Assembly (NCBI GenBank): GCA_963693365.1
Contig: CAVNZM010000001.1
Span: 17,553,274-17,617,273, forward strand
Reading direction: 5' to 3'
Length of the DNA stretch: 64,000 nt
Origin: Amoebidium appalachense
Taxonomy: Eukaryota; Protista; Ichthyosporea
Part shown: one piece after another, positions 1 through 61,753 of the stretch
Numbering within the stretch: position 1 is the first letter of the stretch
Layout: each line of letters opens with the position of its first letter
Position numbers and translations under genes: made by a program
Notes under the pieces: generated by a model
Databases searched by the model: none
Told to the model about the DNA's origin: nothing
What the model saw: the letters and a program-made list of their open reading frames with translations, nothing else

Positions 1-825
1 CTTACTACCCCACAGGTGCTATAGAAGGTGCGTACAACACACCATGATGCATCGTACTCGTTTTTGAAGGAAGTTATCCTAAGGAATAAAGCACTGAGCA
101 CAGAGTAACCCCTCCTACCCCCTCCCTCCCCCTCCCCCCACAAAAAAAAAAAAAAAAGAAAGAAAGAAAGAAAGAAGAAACCAACCTCTGGGTCCCTTCA
201 AACAGGAAATCACAGTCGCTCATGTAGCACAGGTGACCAACCTCACCCTGCTTGCCACACACATACCTTTTTGCAGTCACTTCCACTATGGCGTGCGCCT
301 TCCCGCCCGCCACGGGTCCACAGTCCCAGTCAAACATGGCATCCCGACTCTCCCCCGTGCGAGTTGGTTGCATCTGCAGCTTACTACTTGCTTCCTCATC
401 GCCTCCTATCCTGTTGTCCTCAGAAACACCGTGAACTATCTCAGCGGCCGTCTGATACTGAGGGTCATCGTTTTCTCCTATGTTGAATTGGTTTGCTGGG
501 TCGAGAGCAAAGTTCGTGCGGTAGTGGTTTTGGCACACCCAAAGTGCACGCGACATCATTCCAACACCTACCCCAAGGGAAAAGATGCACCATCCTAAGT
601 CTAACAACGCAAAGGCAAAGCTACCCCACGTGCATTCTAGTAGGCCGTTCCCCTTGTGATTACTATAGCTGTATATGTTGTAGATCACGTCTTCGACGAG
701 CCATAATAGTACGCATGTGGTAGTGAAGAAGACATTACGCGGCCACTGCTCAGAGATGGGAAAGTATTTTCTGAGCCTAGAGTAGTAGATGAGTGCCAGT
801 ATGCATAGGACGAGCACTATTGGGT
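1..825 (-). CDS. Partial multi-pass membrane protein of unknown family (exons 825-186 and 78-<1), possibly decaying at its 5' end
   Basis: The 640-nt open exon encodes about 3 hydrophobic helices (IVLVLCILALIYY; VFFTTTCVLLWLV; SFAFALLDLGWCIFSLGVGVGMM), then a polar tail and a Cys/His cluster (YVCGKQGEVGHLCYMSDCDF). A GT-AG intron at 185-79 joins in frame to an open exon that runs off the window edge. Candidate acceptor ttgcag at 827-826. Confidence 0.5.
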
Positions 826-1369
826 CTGCAAAGAGGCGGATGTAAATGAATGATATACGGATTTTCGAGCCGGGGTACCTTCATTTTTGTTCTTCCAGTA
901 TTTCTGTTGTCTCGTTTGCAGACATCTCTTTTTGAAAAACACAAGTACTTTGCGGGGCTGCGGGAACAAGATGCACGTGATGCGAGAATGAACCGGTATC
1001 AGTAGATGCAAGCAAGTGCCGTGAACAATAAGGTTCACCTCAAAGTTCAACATCAACCTAAGTTTTAGAAACCACTGGCCCACACAGGCATGGGCTCGTG
1101 CAACAAGGTGAAATGAGTTGGTGGAATTGTTAAGTGCCAGCCTGAGAGAGCTCTAGAGGTGCACGGCTGACTTGGCGTTGGAAAAACCCACTGGTCCACT
1201 TTTGGGCGAGCCACGGCTACTAAGCCTGTAGGAAAACGTCACTAAACCTCTACTTTTTACCAGAGAGCCTGCTACATGCACATGGTGTCCTATCATTCAC
1301 TGTCAGACTGCCAGACTGAAATACTCAACGGCGGAAACAGTAACTCTTACCGTTACAAACTTTAACTTT

Positions 1370-4300
1370 GGAGTGACGAAAACCAGAATGGTGCAATCGG
1401 GTCGGCCCGACCAGTCATACACAGCCCGAATTTCTATAATGTGATTGGTGGGGCTTCGCGCGAACAGCCACGTCGATTTTTCCTGTCTATATTTATAGTC
1501 CCGTAAATATGCTCTGTTTTCCGACAAGTGCGGACCGTTCAAAAAGCTCTTTCCCGGTGCGGGTCACGGAGGCGCGACCTGCTTTTCTCATCGATCAGCA
1601 CCTGTAAATATCACATTAATTTTTGGCGCCAACACTACTACAAAGTTCAGTTCCGAATTATTTCGTATTTCATAACACACACTCTAGGGATTCCAAAACA
1701 TAGGTTGTAAAGTTTCCAAAACATAGGGTGTCTTTACAGCATCATCGTGCGTAACAGCTACTACAAAAAATAGTACAGCTCTGATTCCCCGTGGAGGAGA
1801 CGCATTAGTCGCATTCTTTCGTCAGTATGCTTTTTTCATCACTAAGCCATGTTTTTATCTTTCCATGCAAGTGCTTCGCGGAAATGAGCCAACATGTAGG
1901 CTTTCTATAGGAGTTTAGAGATGCATGTGACCGTGCCTTTGACTGTGGGCGGGTACCATTTTTGTACTCGCATCTTTTATTCATTCCCAATGATTTGGCA
2001 ACGTAATAGTTGTACAGGAAAGTAAAGGCAAAATGAGCCATACGCTGTATAAGCTGTTTGTGCAACAGGCCGTCGGCTAAGGTTCTACCCAGCCAACTCC
2101 CAACAAGCACACTGGTGATGCACAGCTCCCCCATGTGTACATAATTGTATACTTTTCGACTGTCTTTTTCCGTGTGCGCCGTTTTGCTTGCCTGCATCTT
2201 TTTGTGTGCTAATACCGTTTTGTGCGCTCCCCTTGCCTCCCCCTTGTCCATTCCCCCGTCCCTTGCATATTAACCCTCCCCCCCCCCCCCCCCCCCCTTC
2301 CCCTAGGCCTCCCGTCCCCGGTATCCGGTGCCTTCCACTGCCAAGTCAGTTGTCCTCCACATCTCTCCCTACTTTCGAAAAATTAAGATCACATAAGTCA
2401 CCCCCTCGCCCCCTCTTCCCCCCTCCCCCCCTCCGTTTCTTTCACGTGTCCCCTTTGTTTGCTCAATCTGCCCCGCCCTTCACCCCTTTTCGTTTCTTTT
2501 ACGTGCCCCCTTCCAGTTCTCAATCCCCCCCCCCCTCCCCTCCGTCTTCTCTTCCTCCTTCCCCTAACTTCCTATTTTCCTCCTAGCTGTCTCAACTAGT
2601 ACACACTCGGAACCCCCCCCCCCCCTCCCCCAAACACACACATACGTATATACACACACAGACACAAGAGAAACCTCCCAAACCTCCCAGCCGTTGTATT
2701 CCACTGGCATCCCTCCTAAAGAAATGCTTATGTCTTTTTGCCCCCCCTCCCCCCCCCCACACACCCACCCATCCCCCACCTCACCCCTATCGCCTCCTTT
2801 TCCTCTTCCCCTCTCGAGTCCCTCCCCCCCCGCCGCCCGCGCCCGCGCCCGCGCCCCCTCCCCCTCCCACCCCCTCTCCCGACGCAGTTGCATACCGTAG
2901 GGAATAGAGTGTTTTATTTTTTTCAAATTTGGTGCGTGCATTCTTATCCCAGTGTACATCGTAGATCAGAATTTCGTACTGTGACCGTAATCCCGTGTAA
3001 CACATCTCCAAACACCCTCCCCCCCCCCCCCCCCCCCCCCCTTCAACAAACCACCCCCACCCACCCCCACCCACCTCGGTTCCCTTTCTCTCTCTTCCCT
3101 CTCCCCTCCCCTCCCCTCCCCCCTTTCCCCCAACACAGTCCCTCCGGGCCATTCCTCCTAATCCCCCCCCCCCCCCCCCCCCCCCCCCCTCCCCTCCCTT
3201 CGCCGCTCTCTTCCTCCTCATTTCCCTCTATTTCCTCTTAAATCTCCCATAATATTAACTTCGAAAACCTTTCCCTCCCCCCTCCCCCCCCCCCCCCCCT
3301 ACACACACACCCTCCTCTACCGCTTTTTTCTCGTCTTGTCTTCCCCCCCCCCTCCCCCCCACTCACCCCCTTCCTCCTCTAGCTGAGCTGGATCTATTCG
3401 CAGATCGCAGATCGCCGCCAGCGAGATCAGCAAATTCCTCAACACTTCAAGGAATTGGTCAGCACCTCCTCAGACAGCAACATCCTCTGCATGCTGGAAG
3501 CCGCTTACTGATCTTACTTAGAGAAGAAGCGTATGTACGCTTACATGAGACGTAAAAGACCAGTGATGTATATAGACTTTAAAGGAATAAGATCGACCTG
3601 CAAGGTGCCACCTTGAGATTTGGCAGGATACCAAGAGACACATATGCAGCTAGTCGAAGGGCAACCAGTTATAAGTGGCTGGCAGTATAGGCTTGTACTG
3701 GTTTTGTTGAGTTATGTATTGACGCATGTACCTTTAAGGGATGAAAAATGTATGTATGTGTTTACCTGCAGATGTTTATGGTGCCTTCATGGTCCCGTGA
3801 GCCCCCCCCCCCCCCCCCCCCCCCCCCAACACGCGCACACAAAAACCCGCACTCGGACACACACACGAGGCTCCAGTTGTGTACGGTTCCTCCAGCCAAA
3901 ACACACACACACGTTTTTACCCTCGTGGCACATGATCACCAAAATCCCGCCTCCATTGCCGCTTCTCCAAGAGCATTTTCCCACACATAGACACGCACAC
4001 ACACCCTTCCGCCATTCTAGATCTTATTTCCCCACAGGGACACCGACACACACGCACATCACATTTAAAAAACGAAAAAACACAGTGAGCTCTCTCTCCA
4101 GCGGCGCCTTGAGCAGATCCTCAAATTGGTAATCGAGTCCTGGGTTCATGACTTTTAGGTAGAACGGCTGACCGTTTATTCCTTTGGTTGAAACTACTCA
4201 TAAGATGCCATATTCATCTAGATTATTACAACTTCACCCTCATCCTCGTTTTCCTTCCGACATCGACAGTGCCACGGTGTGTGTGCAAAGCGTTTGTAGT

Positions 4301-4579
4301 TTCTTCGTGTATGAGTGCAAGCTGAATAACCGGGCCAACAGGATAACTTCTACGGTTCGGGCCGGATGATCCCTTTAGAATGATATAACACAGGCCCTTC
4401 GGATCGGGTTTTCCGCTGAGAATCCGGGTCAAAATACGCGGTTGTGCGCTCTCTGGAATAGCCGCTTATTGGATGGTAATCAGGTTGATCTTATAACCGG
4501 CCGCGGTGACCCATCTCAGCACGTTTGCACTCTGCAGACGGGGCTGCAGACTCTGCACCATTCTGGTTTTCGTCACTCC
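1370..4579. mobile_element. Non-autonomous or decayed cut-and-paste DNA transposon, 3.2 kb, with perfect 26-bp terminal inverted repeats
   Basis: GGAGTGACGAAAACCAGAATGGTGCA at 1370-1395 and its exact reverse complement at 4554-4579. Flanks are TTT|...|TTT (3-bp TSD) or TTTAACTTT / TTTGGCTTT (7/9 match). No intact transposase ORF is visible. Confidence 0.75.
3383..3604 (+). pseudogene. Exon-like segment inside the TIR element with one in-frame stop
   Basis: ctctag acceptor after a C-rich tract and aag|gtgcc donor. 74 codons, phase 0-0 (LSWIYSQIADRRQRDQQIPQHFKELVSTSSDSNILCMLEAAY*SYLEKKRMYAYMRRKRPVMYIDFKGIRSTCK), with a single TGA at 3509-3511. Confidence 0.4.
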
Positions 4580-4856
4580 TTTGGCTTTTTTTATCTGGCG
4601 ATCACATTCCTGGAACAATACCACCGTCCCCATAAACCCCCATCATCGTCATCACCATTCACAATTTTCACTTGCAAGTGATTTAAATGAATTACTAACT
4701 TTGCTACATAATGTCACTGCATGGAAATAGTGAAATGAAGTATGGAAATCACCAACGAGTCCCAGCATGAGACAAATATCACCTTGCTGGTTACTGGATG
4801 CATTGTGCATACCTTATCTGCTTAGATCTGCGGTGATCACGATTGATAAGCTGTCA

Positions 4857-5048
4857 CCAATAGGGCATTATGAAAATATCCTGTTTTTCGCCCTGAGTAT
4901 CAACCGGGATATATCACGAAAATATCGCCTTAGCCCCTGAATATCCCCTTTTTTCTGGATTCGCCCTGAGTATCATTACAACATATCCCGAAAACGTCCC
5001 TGAATATCAAAAGATATATCAAAAGTATCCCGTCAAGCCCCTGATTGG
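4857..5048. repeat. MITE-like cluster of CCCTGA(A/G)TATC and ATATC sub-repeats
   Basis: Four copies of CCCTGARTATC (~4890, ~4935, ~4963, ~4998), bounded by imperfect inverted ends CCAATAGGGC (4857-4866) and GCCCCTGATTGG (5037-5048). No TSD seen. Confidence 0.4.
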
Positions 5049-7046
5049 GAAGTTGTGCAGTGGCGCTGTAATTCTTGTTTTCATCGCCGCTGGTGCCACT
5101 TTTGTGCTGAACTTTTTAATCGTAAGCATGTTGATAGGTGTGAGTTTCTATGTCGCGTTTTACCTCTTTCCCTACGGGTGTCTGCTACACTAGCTGGCAA
5201 TGTGAACACTTCAGATTATTTTTATTTTTATTTTTTTTATTTTTTTATTATTATTATTATTTTTATCACGTTTTGTTCCCGGAGGGCCTGGTTCAGGCCC
5301 TCTAGGGAAACTACCGTCTACCACACAGCACCGACAGTACACTAGTTAAGGTGCTATCTATGAGTTCAGCTAAGCTAAACCATCCTTCACAACCTAAATA
5401 TAAGTACACACTTTGCCCAGGGCTACTACCCCAGTGCATATCTTTCCGTCGAATAAATCCAGTCAAAAGAAAAAAAGATTATTATACACAAGTATCCCGG
5501 CCACGGCCATCTAGAGTTATACATTGCCTAAGCCATTAGTATTTGTATGTGGCCGGCCAAATTTATGTGCATGCCGCATCAGCGCTGAGGATCATCCATG
5601 AGCTGGTGTTGAACTGGCCATGGCATATGCATATGCATGCTATGTGCGTATACTACATGAACACACTGATACATTGCATATCAAAGTTCACTATGCGGCA
5701 TATGTCCTGCCTACCCAGCCTGTACATGTGTGCCAAAACCAAGGCCTCCTAGGTTGTATCTAGGAGGCCTTGGCCAAAACACGAAACTGATGACTGGCCG
5801 CCGAAAACCTTGAAGCCCTTGAAGACGCAAGGGAAAAAATTACTGGTTTTGAGAAGGCAAAAAAAAAAAAAAAAAAAAAAAAAAAGAAATATTGGTCCCA
5901 GGTCTGATAATGGCCTTTGGCTTGAAGAATGTGGGAGAATGGCAGTCGGTGTTGCAGCTGTTTTCTTCAGACAACACAGGTTAACTGATGACTGAGGTAT
6001 CACTGGCTGTCAGGGGCAGAAAAGGGTGTCTGACTGTTATAAAGGCGCGATGAGTCGAGACTCTGACAGGACAGCCAATACAGGTCATGTCTAAAGCTTT
6101 TACCGAAACATGAGTGCATGGCGGCAGGGGGAGCCACTAAGCCATCTACTACGCCGATTCAACTCACTAGCCGGTGGCCGACACTGCCAGCCACTCCACG
6201 GTCAACTTCATTCATTGACAGCTGAGCTTTCATGACGTAAGGACCATTTGGTCGGTGTCGACGTTCTATAAGACCCTCTCTGCTTTCTGATGAGTACATA
6301 GTCCTTTCCTTTTGGAATGATAGCTGCCTGTTTTAGACCAACGGGTCCCGGGGCCTGACCCTCTCTCTCCCCTTTCACGGAGTGAAGTCGCACTCACGCA
6401 TTGAACGTGTACTGCCAATTCTTTTCTCTTTCTCTTCCCATTCCCCTGTTCCCCCACCGCCCATCCACCTTTCTTTCTCAACCATGGATCCTCCTTCCTT
6501 TCTGTCTAACTTCCTCCTTATCTCTCTCACTGCGTCGGACTCTCTCCCAGTTCTCCCCCACCTAATGGACTCTATTTATGATGCTTCTCTTTGTGTGCTT
6601 TCATTTACGCAAATTTTGTTTTGTTGCTCGTTAAGGGTGTGTTAGCTTAGCTAACAGCACCCTCTAACAGCACCCTAGCTACAATAGAGTACTGGCGGTG
6701 CTGGGTGGAAGACGGTAGTTCCCCTTCAGGCTCCAAAGGGGTCCCTCCGGGAACAAAACGGATAAAAAAAAAAAAAAAAAAATGTTTTGTTGCTCGTTGT
6801 GGACGTGAGTCGTGCTCTGTAATGCATTATAACCCCCCCCCCCCCCCCCCCCCTCCCCCCCCCCCCCCCTCTTTACAGCCACATCAAAAGTGCTACCATG
6901 CTTGGGTTGCACCACTTAGTCTTTGTGAATTTATTTGCACATATCGCGTATTGCAGTATGTGCTCACTCTATGTCATACTGATTCTTTCTTTTGCAAAAT
7001 CCATCTACCCAATCTGCATCGTGACCTTCTGTGTTGTTTTTATCAC

Positions 7047-7085
<39 letters not shown>

Positions 7086-7393
7086 ATTCCCCCCCTTTGT
7101 TTTGGTTTCGGGTTTTTCATTTCTGTGATGTTATGTTGTTTGTCCTTGTAGTCTCCTCCATATTCCCAACCCTCTCTCCCCAACTTTTGGGGGTGTGGGG
7201 AAGGAGGGGGGAAGGGGGGGGGGGGGGGGAGGGGGGTGTGTGGGGATATCTCTCCCTGTTGCAGTTGCACAAGGACCTACAGCCAAACACACAAGCACAC
7301 ACTAATTTCAAACTGTACACATGTCTGGTGTGTACGGTAAAACTAACCACCCTCCACCACCACGCTCCAGCCTCCCCATGCCTGGCAAACAAA

Positions 7394-8548
7394 ATGGAGC
7401 GCCGTGCTCTTCCGGTTGATGTTGCATGGACACAGAGGGGTACACTTCTTATCATCAACCCAACAAATGAAGTGATTGATCTGCGTCAGGCAGAATTGAT
7501 GGTTGAGATGGCACCAGGCAGGGTGGTGGAGGTGCCTGTGGTTATGGTGGCTGCTGACCCTATCGTCAGACCGAATGTGAGTGTGTGTGTTTGAACGGTT
7601 GGCCAGGTGAATATTTCTGTGCGTATTGTGTCATGTCAGGTGTTTGGTTTGCTGCCTAGATATGTACTTGTTGGATATTATTGTGACTCAGTCTGGGATT
7701 GAGGTAGAGTAGAGGGTGAAAGTTGCTGTGTGGAGGTTTTTCTTTTGTTTTGTGCAGACTGTGACACTGCTTATGATAGCATACTGCCAGGTGTCAATGT
7801 GCGTGAGAGCGTTCGTGGGTGTGTGTGTGTATGGGTATGTGTGTGGGCTTCCCTGTCCGTGTCACATTAGATGCAGTAGGTGCCCCAACTCAATAAAGAT
7901 AATGGTGTGTGCACGCCTGCCTCTCTTTGTTTGTTTGCCAGTAAGAAAGTTCCAACGCCTGCGAAGCCTCTCACATGCCACTAATAAGTAGTCACTGGTG
8001 GGCCATTGCAAAGGCTTGTACGGACCACTCCCTCTTCCCCTCCAGAGTCTCCCCCCCCCCCCCCCCCCCCACCCCCCCTCTCCCCCTACCCTCTCTCTCC
8101 CCCCCCCCCCTCCCCCCTCTCTTTCCCCCTGCCCTTTACTTTGTTATGTTTTTTTGTTCGGGAACCTTAAATTTGTATGTGTGCCTGTTTCCGTATCTGT
8201 ATCTGTTTGGTACGTGGTGGTGGTGGTGGGGGGGGGAGGGGGGGGGGGGGGGGGGGGAGGGGAGAAGGGAGAAGGGGAGGGGGGGGAAGGGGCATGCTAG
8301 AGGTTGGTGTTAGTTGGTTACCAGTGTCTCACCACCCGCCTCAACGCCTTGCCCTACCAACTTATACATTGCCACTTTGACGGCCCACACAGGATATGGT
8401 GGAGGTGCAATTGGATTGGCGGCCACCGGCTCGGCAGCAAACTGACAAATTTGATTGGCTGTTGTCGTGGGTGCATCTGGGGGCCAAGGTGGTGATGGCC
8501 GTGTGTGCTGTTGCATTTATGACGTCACACTATGGGGAGTACGCATAG
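7394..8548 (+). CDS. Small hypothetical protein (~112 aa; exons 7394-7576 and 8393-8548) with a C-terminal hydrophobic segment
   Basis: aaaATG start, strong donor aat|gtgagt, acceptor cacacag and a phase-0 join. Translation MERRALPVDVAWTQRGTLLIINPTNEVIDLRQAELMVEMAPGRVVEVPVVMVAADPIVRPN/DMVEVQLDWRPPARQQTDKFDWLLSWVHLGAKVVMAVCAVAFMTSHYGEYA*. Additional upstream exons cannot be excluded. Confidence 0.5.
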
Positions 8549-8667
8549 GGTCGGGGGCCAAAATGTGATGGGGGTATGTGCATGTAAAGGTTGTGACGAC
8601 GGTTTTTTCCCCTTCTTATCATAAGTTTTTATTTTTTTTCTCTTGGGCCTAGGAGGGAGGGGGATAT

Positions 8668-8707
<40 letters not shown>

Positions 8708-9086
8708 TCATCTGTGTGTTTTTTAAAACATTTAGGGGCGGTGTTGTGCATCACATGTACAGGCTATACTATCCCGTAAGACTCTATGACAACCACAGTG
8801 TGGGAAGCATGAACGTGTACCGTTAAGGTTGGGGCCGGCAGGTGGAAATTTCGTGATTGTGCACAAAGCACATTGTATATACGATTGATACGAGCAGTGG
8901 GCCCGTCCGTGAGGTGCCCATGTACCCGAGTCGTGAATGCACATACTGTGTACGTTGGCTGTCGAATTTCAGTCAAATGCTGTACGTACAGGTCGGAAAC
9001 GACGGTGGCTGGGAGGTGTATGTGAGTTCATCTTCCCTACCCTCTTTTGCTCTTTTTTGGGAGGGGCGGTGGGAAAAAGGGGCCTG

Positions 9087-9136
<50 letters not shown>

Positions 9137-9544
9137 ATGCACGTTGCTCATTCTGCTTATAAAGTGCTCTGGCTCGCAACGGTTTGGTCATGTGCTATAC
9201 CAATCAAAATAGTCACAGTGTCGCCGCATGATGCCTGCTCTGCAAGAATGGACTCGACGCGTGAAGCAAGATGAAAAATGGGCTTATGTACATACGCACC
9301 TAGGTCAATCATTTGAGGGGCAAAGGGCAGCCACCCGGGGAACCGGAGAGGGGGGGGGGGAGGGGGGATCGATGGGATTGCTGCTTGTCGGGTCTAGCTC
9401 TAGACCGGGCAGCGGGCCGGGATTGTGAGGCAGACTCCGAACAATGGGCTGGGTTGAGTGTGTGTGCGCGTTTGCGTGTATGTCTGTCTGTCTGCTCATG
9501 TGTGCCTTTCAGGTCGACCTGTGCATGTGTGTGCGTGTGTGCGT

Positions 9545-9578
<34 letters not shown>

Positions 9579-9818
9579 TATGTGTGTCACAGTGTTATGA
9601 TACTGTATGACAATGTGTGGCCCTCCGACGGCGTGTGTGTGGGGGAGGGAGGGGAGGACGGTTGGGGTTTTTGAATTTCCTTGATTTCGAAATATTGATG
9701 AGGGACCGGGGGTCGAGTCGGTGCGGTTGAGGAGACAATGCACCCATGTCATGTGTGTGTGACGCGTGTGGGTATGAAAAGGTGAGGGTGCACGTGTGTA
9801 TGGGTTTCACTGGTGTTC

Positions 9819-9857
<39 letters not shown>

Positions 9858-10889
9858 GAAAGGGGGGGGGGGGGGGGGGAGGGGGGGGGAGGAGGGGGAG
9901 GGAGGGGGAGGGGGAGGGTGGGGGAGGTTCGCTTGTTGTCGTAAGGAGTGGCTGGGCAGCACGGAAATTTGGGCCGGGCCCGCGAAGGAGCAGGTGTGTG
10001 TGTCTGTGTCTGTGTGTACACGGTCGATGTCTGTCCGGAGGGGAGGGGGAATGGGGGGAAGGGGGTGCCTCCACTGGTACGTCAGCTAAATGCATACATG
10101 TGCTGCCGGCTAGAAGAAACGCGAGAACGTTTTGTCCAGATGTGAAGCATAAAACCCTTCACAAAAGAGCTTGTGCCAACCACAGAGCAGCTTTATTCCA
10201 CTGCATTTAGTTTTCACTGAGCTGATGACCCCACAAGTCATCCGAAGCAAACACTGGTAACACCTACTCGAATCACCGCTAATGCAGTGACCAAAAGAAA
10301 TGATCTAAATCTTGTTAATGGTTACATCCCACTTAGACTATTTACACCACAGCAGGAAAGCACTGTAACTATTCGCACGTCGAGGCCATTAACATTGGGA
10401 ACAATTTATGGTACGTATTTACAAGTATGTGCTGTTTGGAGACTGGGGGGGAAGGGGGGGGGGGGGGGGGAGGTGGGGAGGGAATGACGTCATGGGGGAT
10501 ACTGTGGTGAAAACTGGAAGGATGAATGATAACAGGGAGTGTTTTAATCATACGAGAGTTAAAAAAATCGGTAGAACCAGCAGGATAGCCACAAAAGAAA
10601 CAAAACCAAACAACAAGAAAAAAGTCTAGAGACTAAACAGACATCAAAATAAGCATAGGTTTCCTTTCGTTGCAGACATACAGCTTAATCTTGTAGATAC
10701 GAGCATGACTCGATCCAAAACCTTCGTGGAAAACCACTCACATTCGAGCATGGATGATTGATTTTCGCTTGACTTACCAAACATTCTAACACTTAATATT
10801 AATATTAAATTTCCTTTACTACATTCTCCTGCTCATTATTGTATGTGAGCGACTATCAGACAGACCAAGAGAAGAACTGTTGAGCTCAC

Positions 10890-25935
<15,046 letters not shown>

Positions 25936-26730
25936 GATTAGCGCACCCGCCTATGAGCGCGAATGTAGGCTGAAATTTCAATATTGTTTGGCTCTATGAC
26001 GAAGTATGCCACCGCATTTGCTATACCGAAATTGAAGACTTCAAAATCATATGAAGGCAGCGCCCTATGGTGGATGACCCGTAGGGGTGTGATAGAAGGG
26101 GTAGCTTTGCAGAAGAGAGGCATACAAAGGTTCTGTATATTCTATATACTAGAGTATGCCTTTGTAGATGTTGCTAAAAACTCGCTACAAACAAACTGCA
26201 CGAGTGAGCTCGTCAGGCGTTGTTGAGTCGACTTGTGAGCCTCGGGCAAAAGGGGGGATCACGTAATAGTAACAGAGTCAGAGAGAGCCAGAGGTCACTT
26301 TTGCATTCCGAAGAAATTCAAAAGGTTATCTCAGTGTTAATGAAAAGTAATGCCCAGACTGACAACAAAATTGTATTGGCAACACAGAACCAGCTCACAG
26401 AACGACCAAAATGACCGTTGAAATGTAAAGAAACTATGTAGAATAGTAGGGGGTTTTTTTTAGATAGGTGAGTCATTGCGGAGGTGAAAGCACTGACATA
26501 TGGCCAAGATGAGCCCGGGTTATTCTACAGGGAGTTTATTCATGTCAACACATTTTGTTTGAAAATTTTAACAGGATAGGTTTATCAGTGGATCGGAGGC
26601 GGCGAAGTGAACTGCACACTCGAAAGGGGTTGTGTGAGACACATGCATGGGCGGATGATACAAAGTAGCTACTGTGTTGAGCAGTTGTGAAGAGATCTGA
26701 AAAGGGGCCGCATAGGGCCTACTATTCAAC
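25936..26730. promoter_or_regulatory. Putative bidirectional promoter region
   Basis: 795 bp between divergent ATGs (25935 on - and 26731 on +). It is free of the long homopolymers and microsatellites that fill the flanking introns. Confidence 0.55.

Positions 26731-61753
<35,023 letters not shown>

Noticed and set aside
1805-2251. 148-aa ORF as a transposase
   Set aside because: No DDE, zinc-finger or HTH motif is recognisable.
4270-4325. SWIM-like CVCKAF motif suggesting a Mutator transposase
   Set aside because: The terminal CxH is missing and the match is too short to support.
4506-4730. Type-II membrane protein ORF sharing CTILVFVTP with ORF 1303-1542
   Set aside because: The shared peptide is simply the translated 26-bp TIR.
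8700-10300. Terminal exons of the SMP gene (for example VFASDDLWGHQLSEN* near 10255-10208)
   Set aside because: Several candidates are equally plausible and none can be chosen without cDNA.
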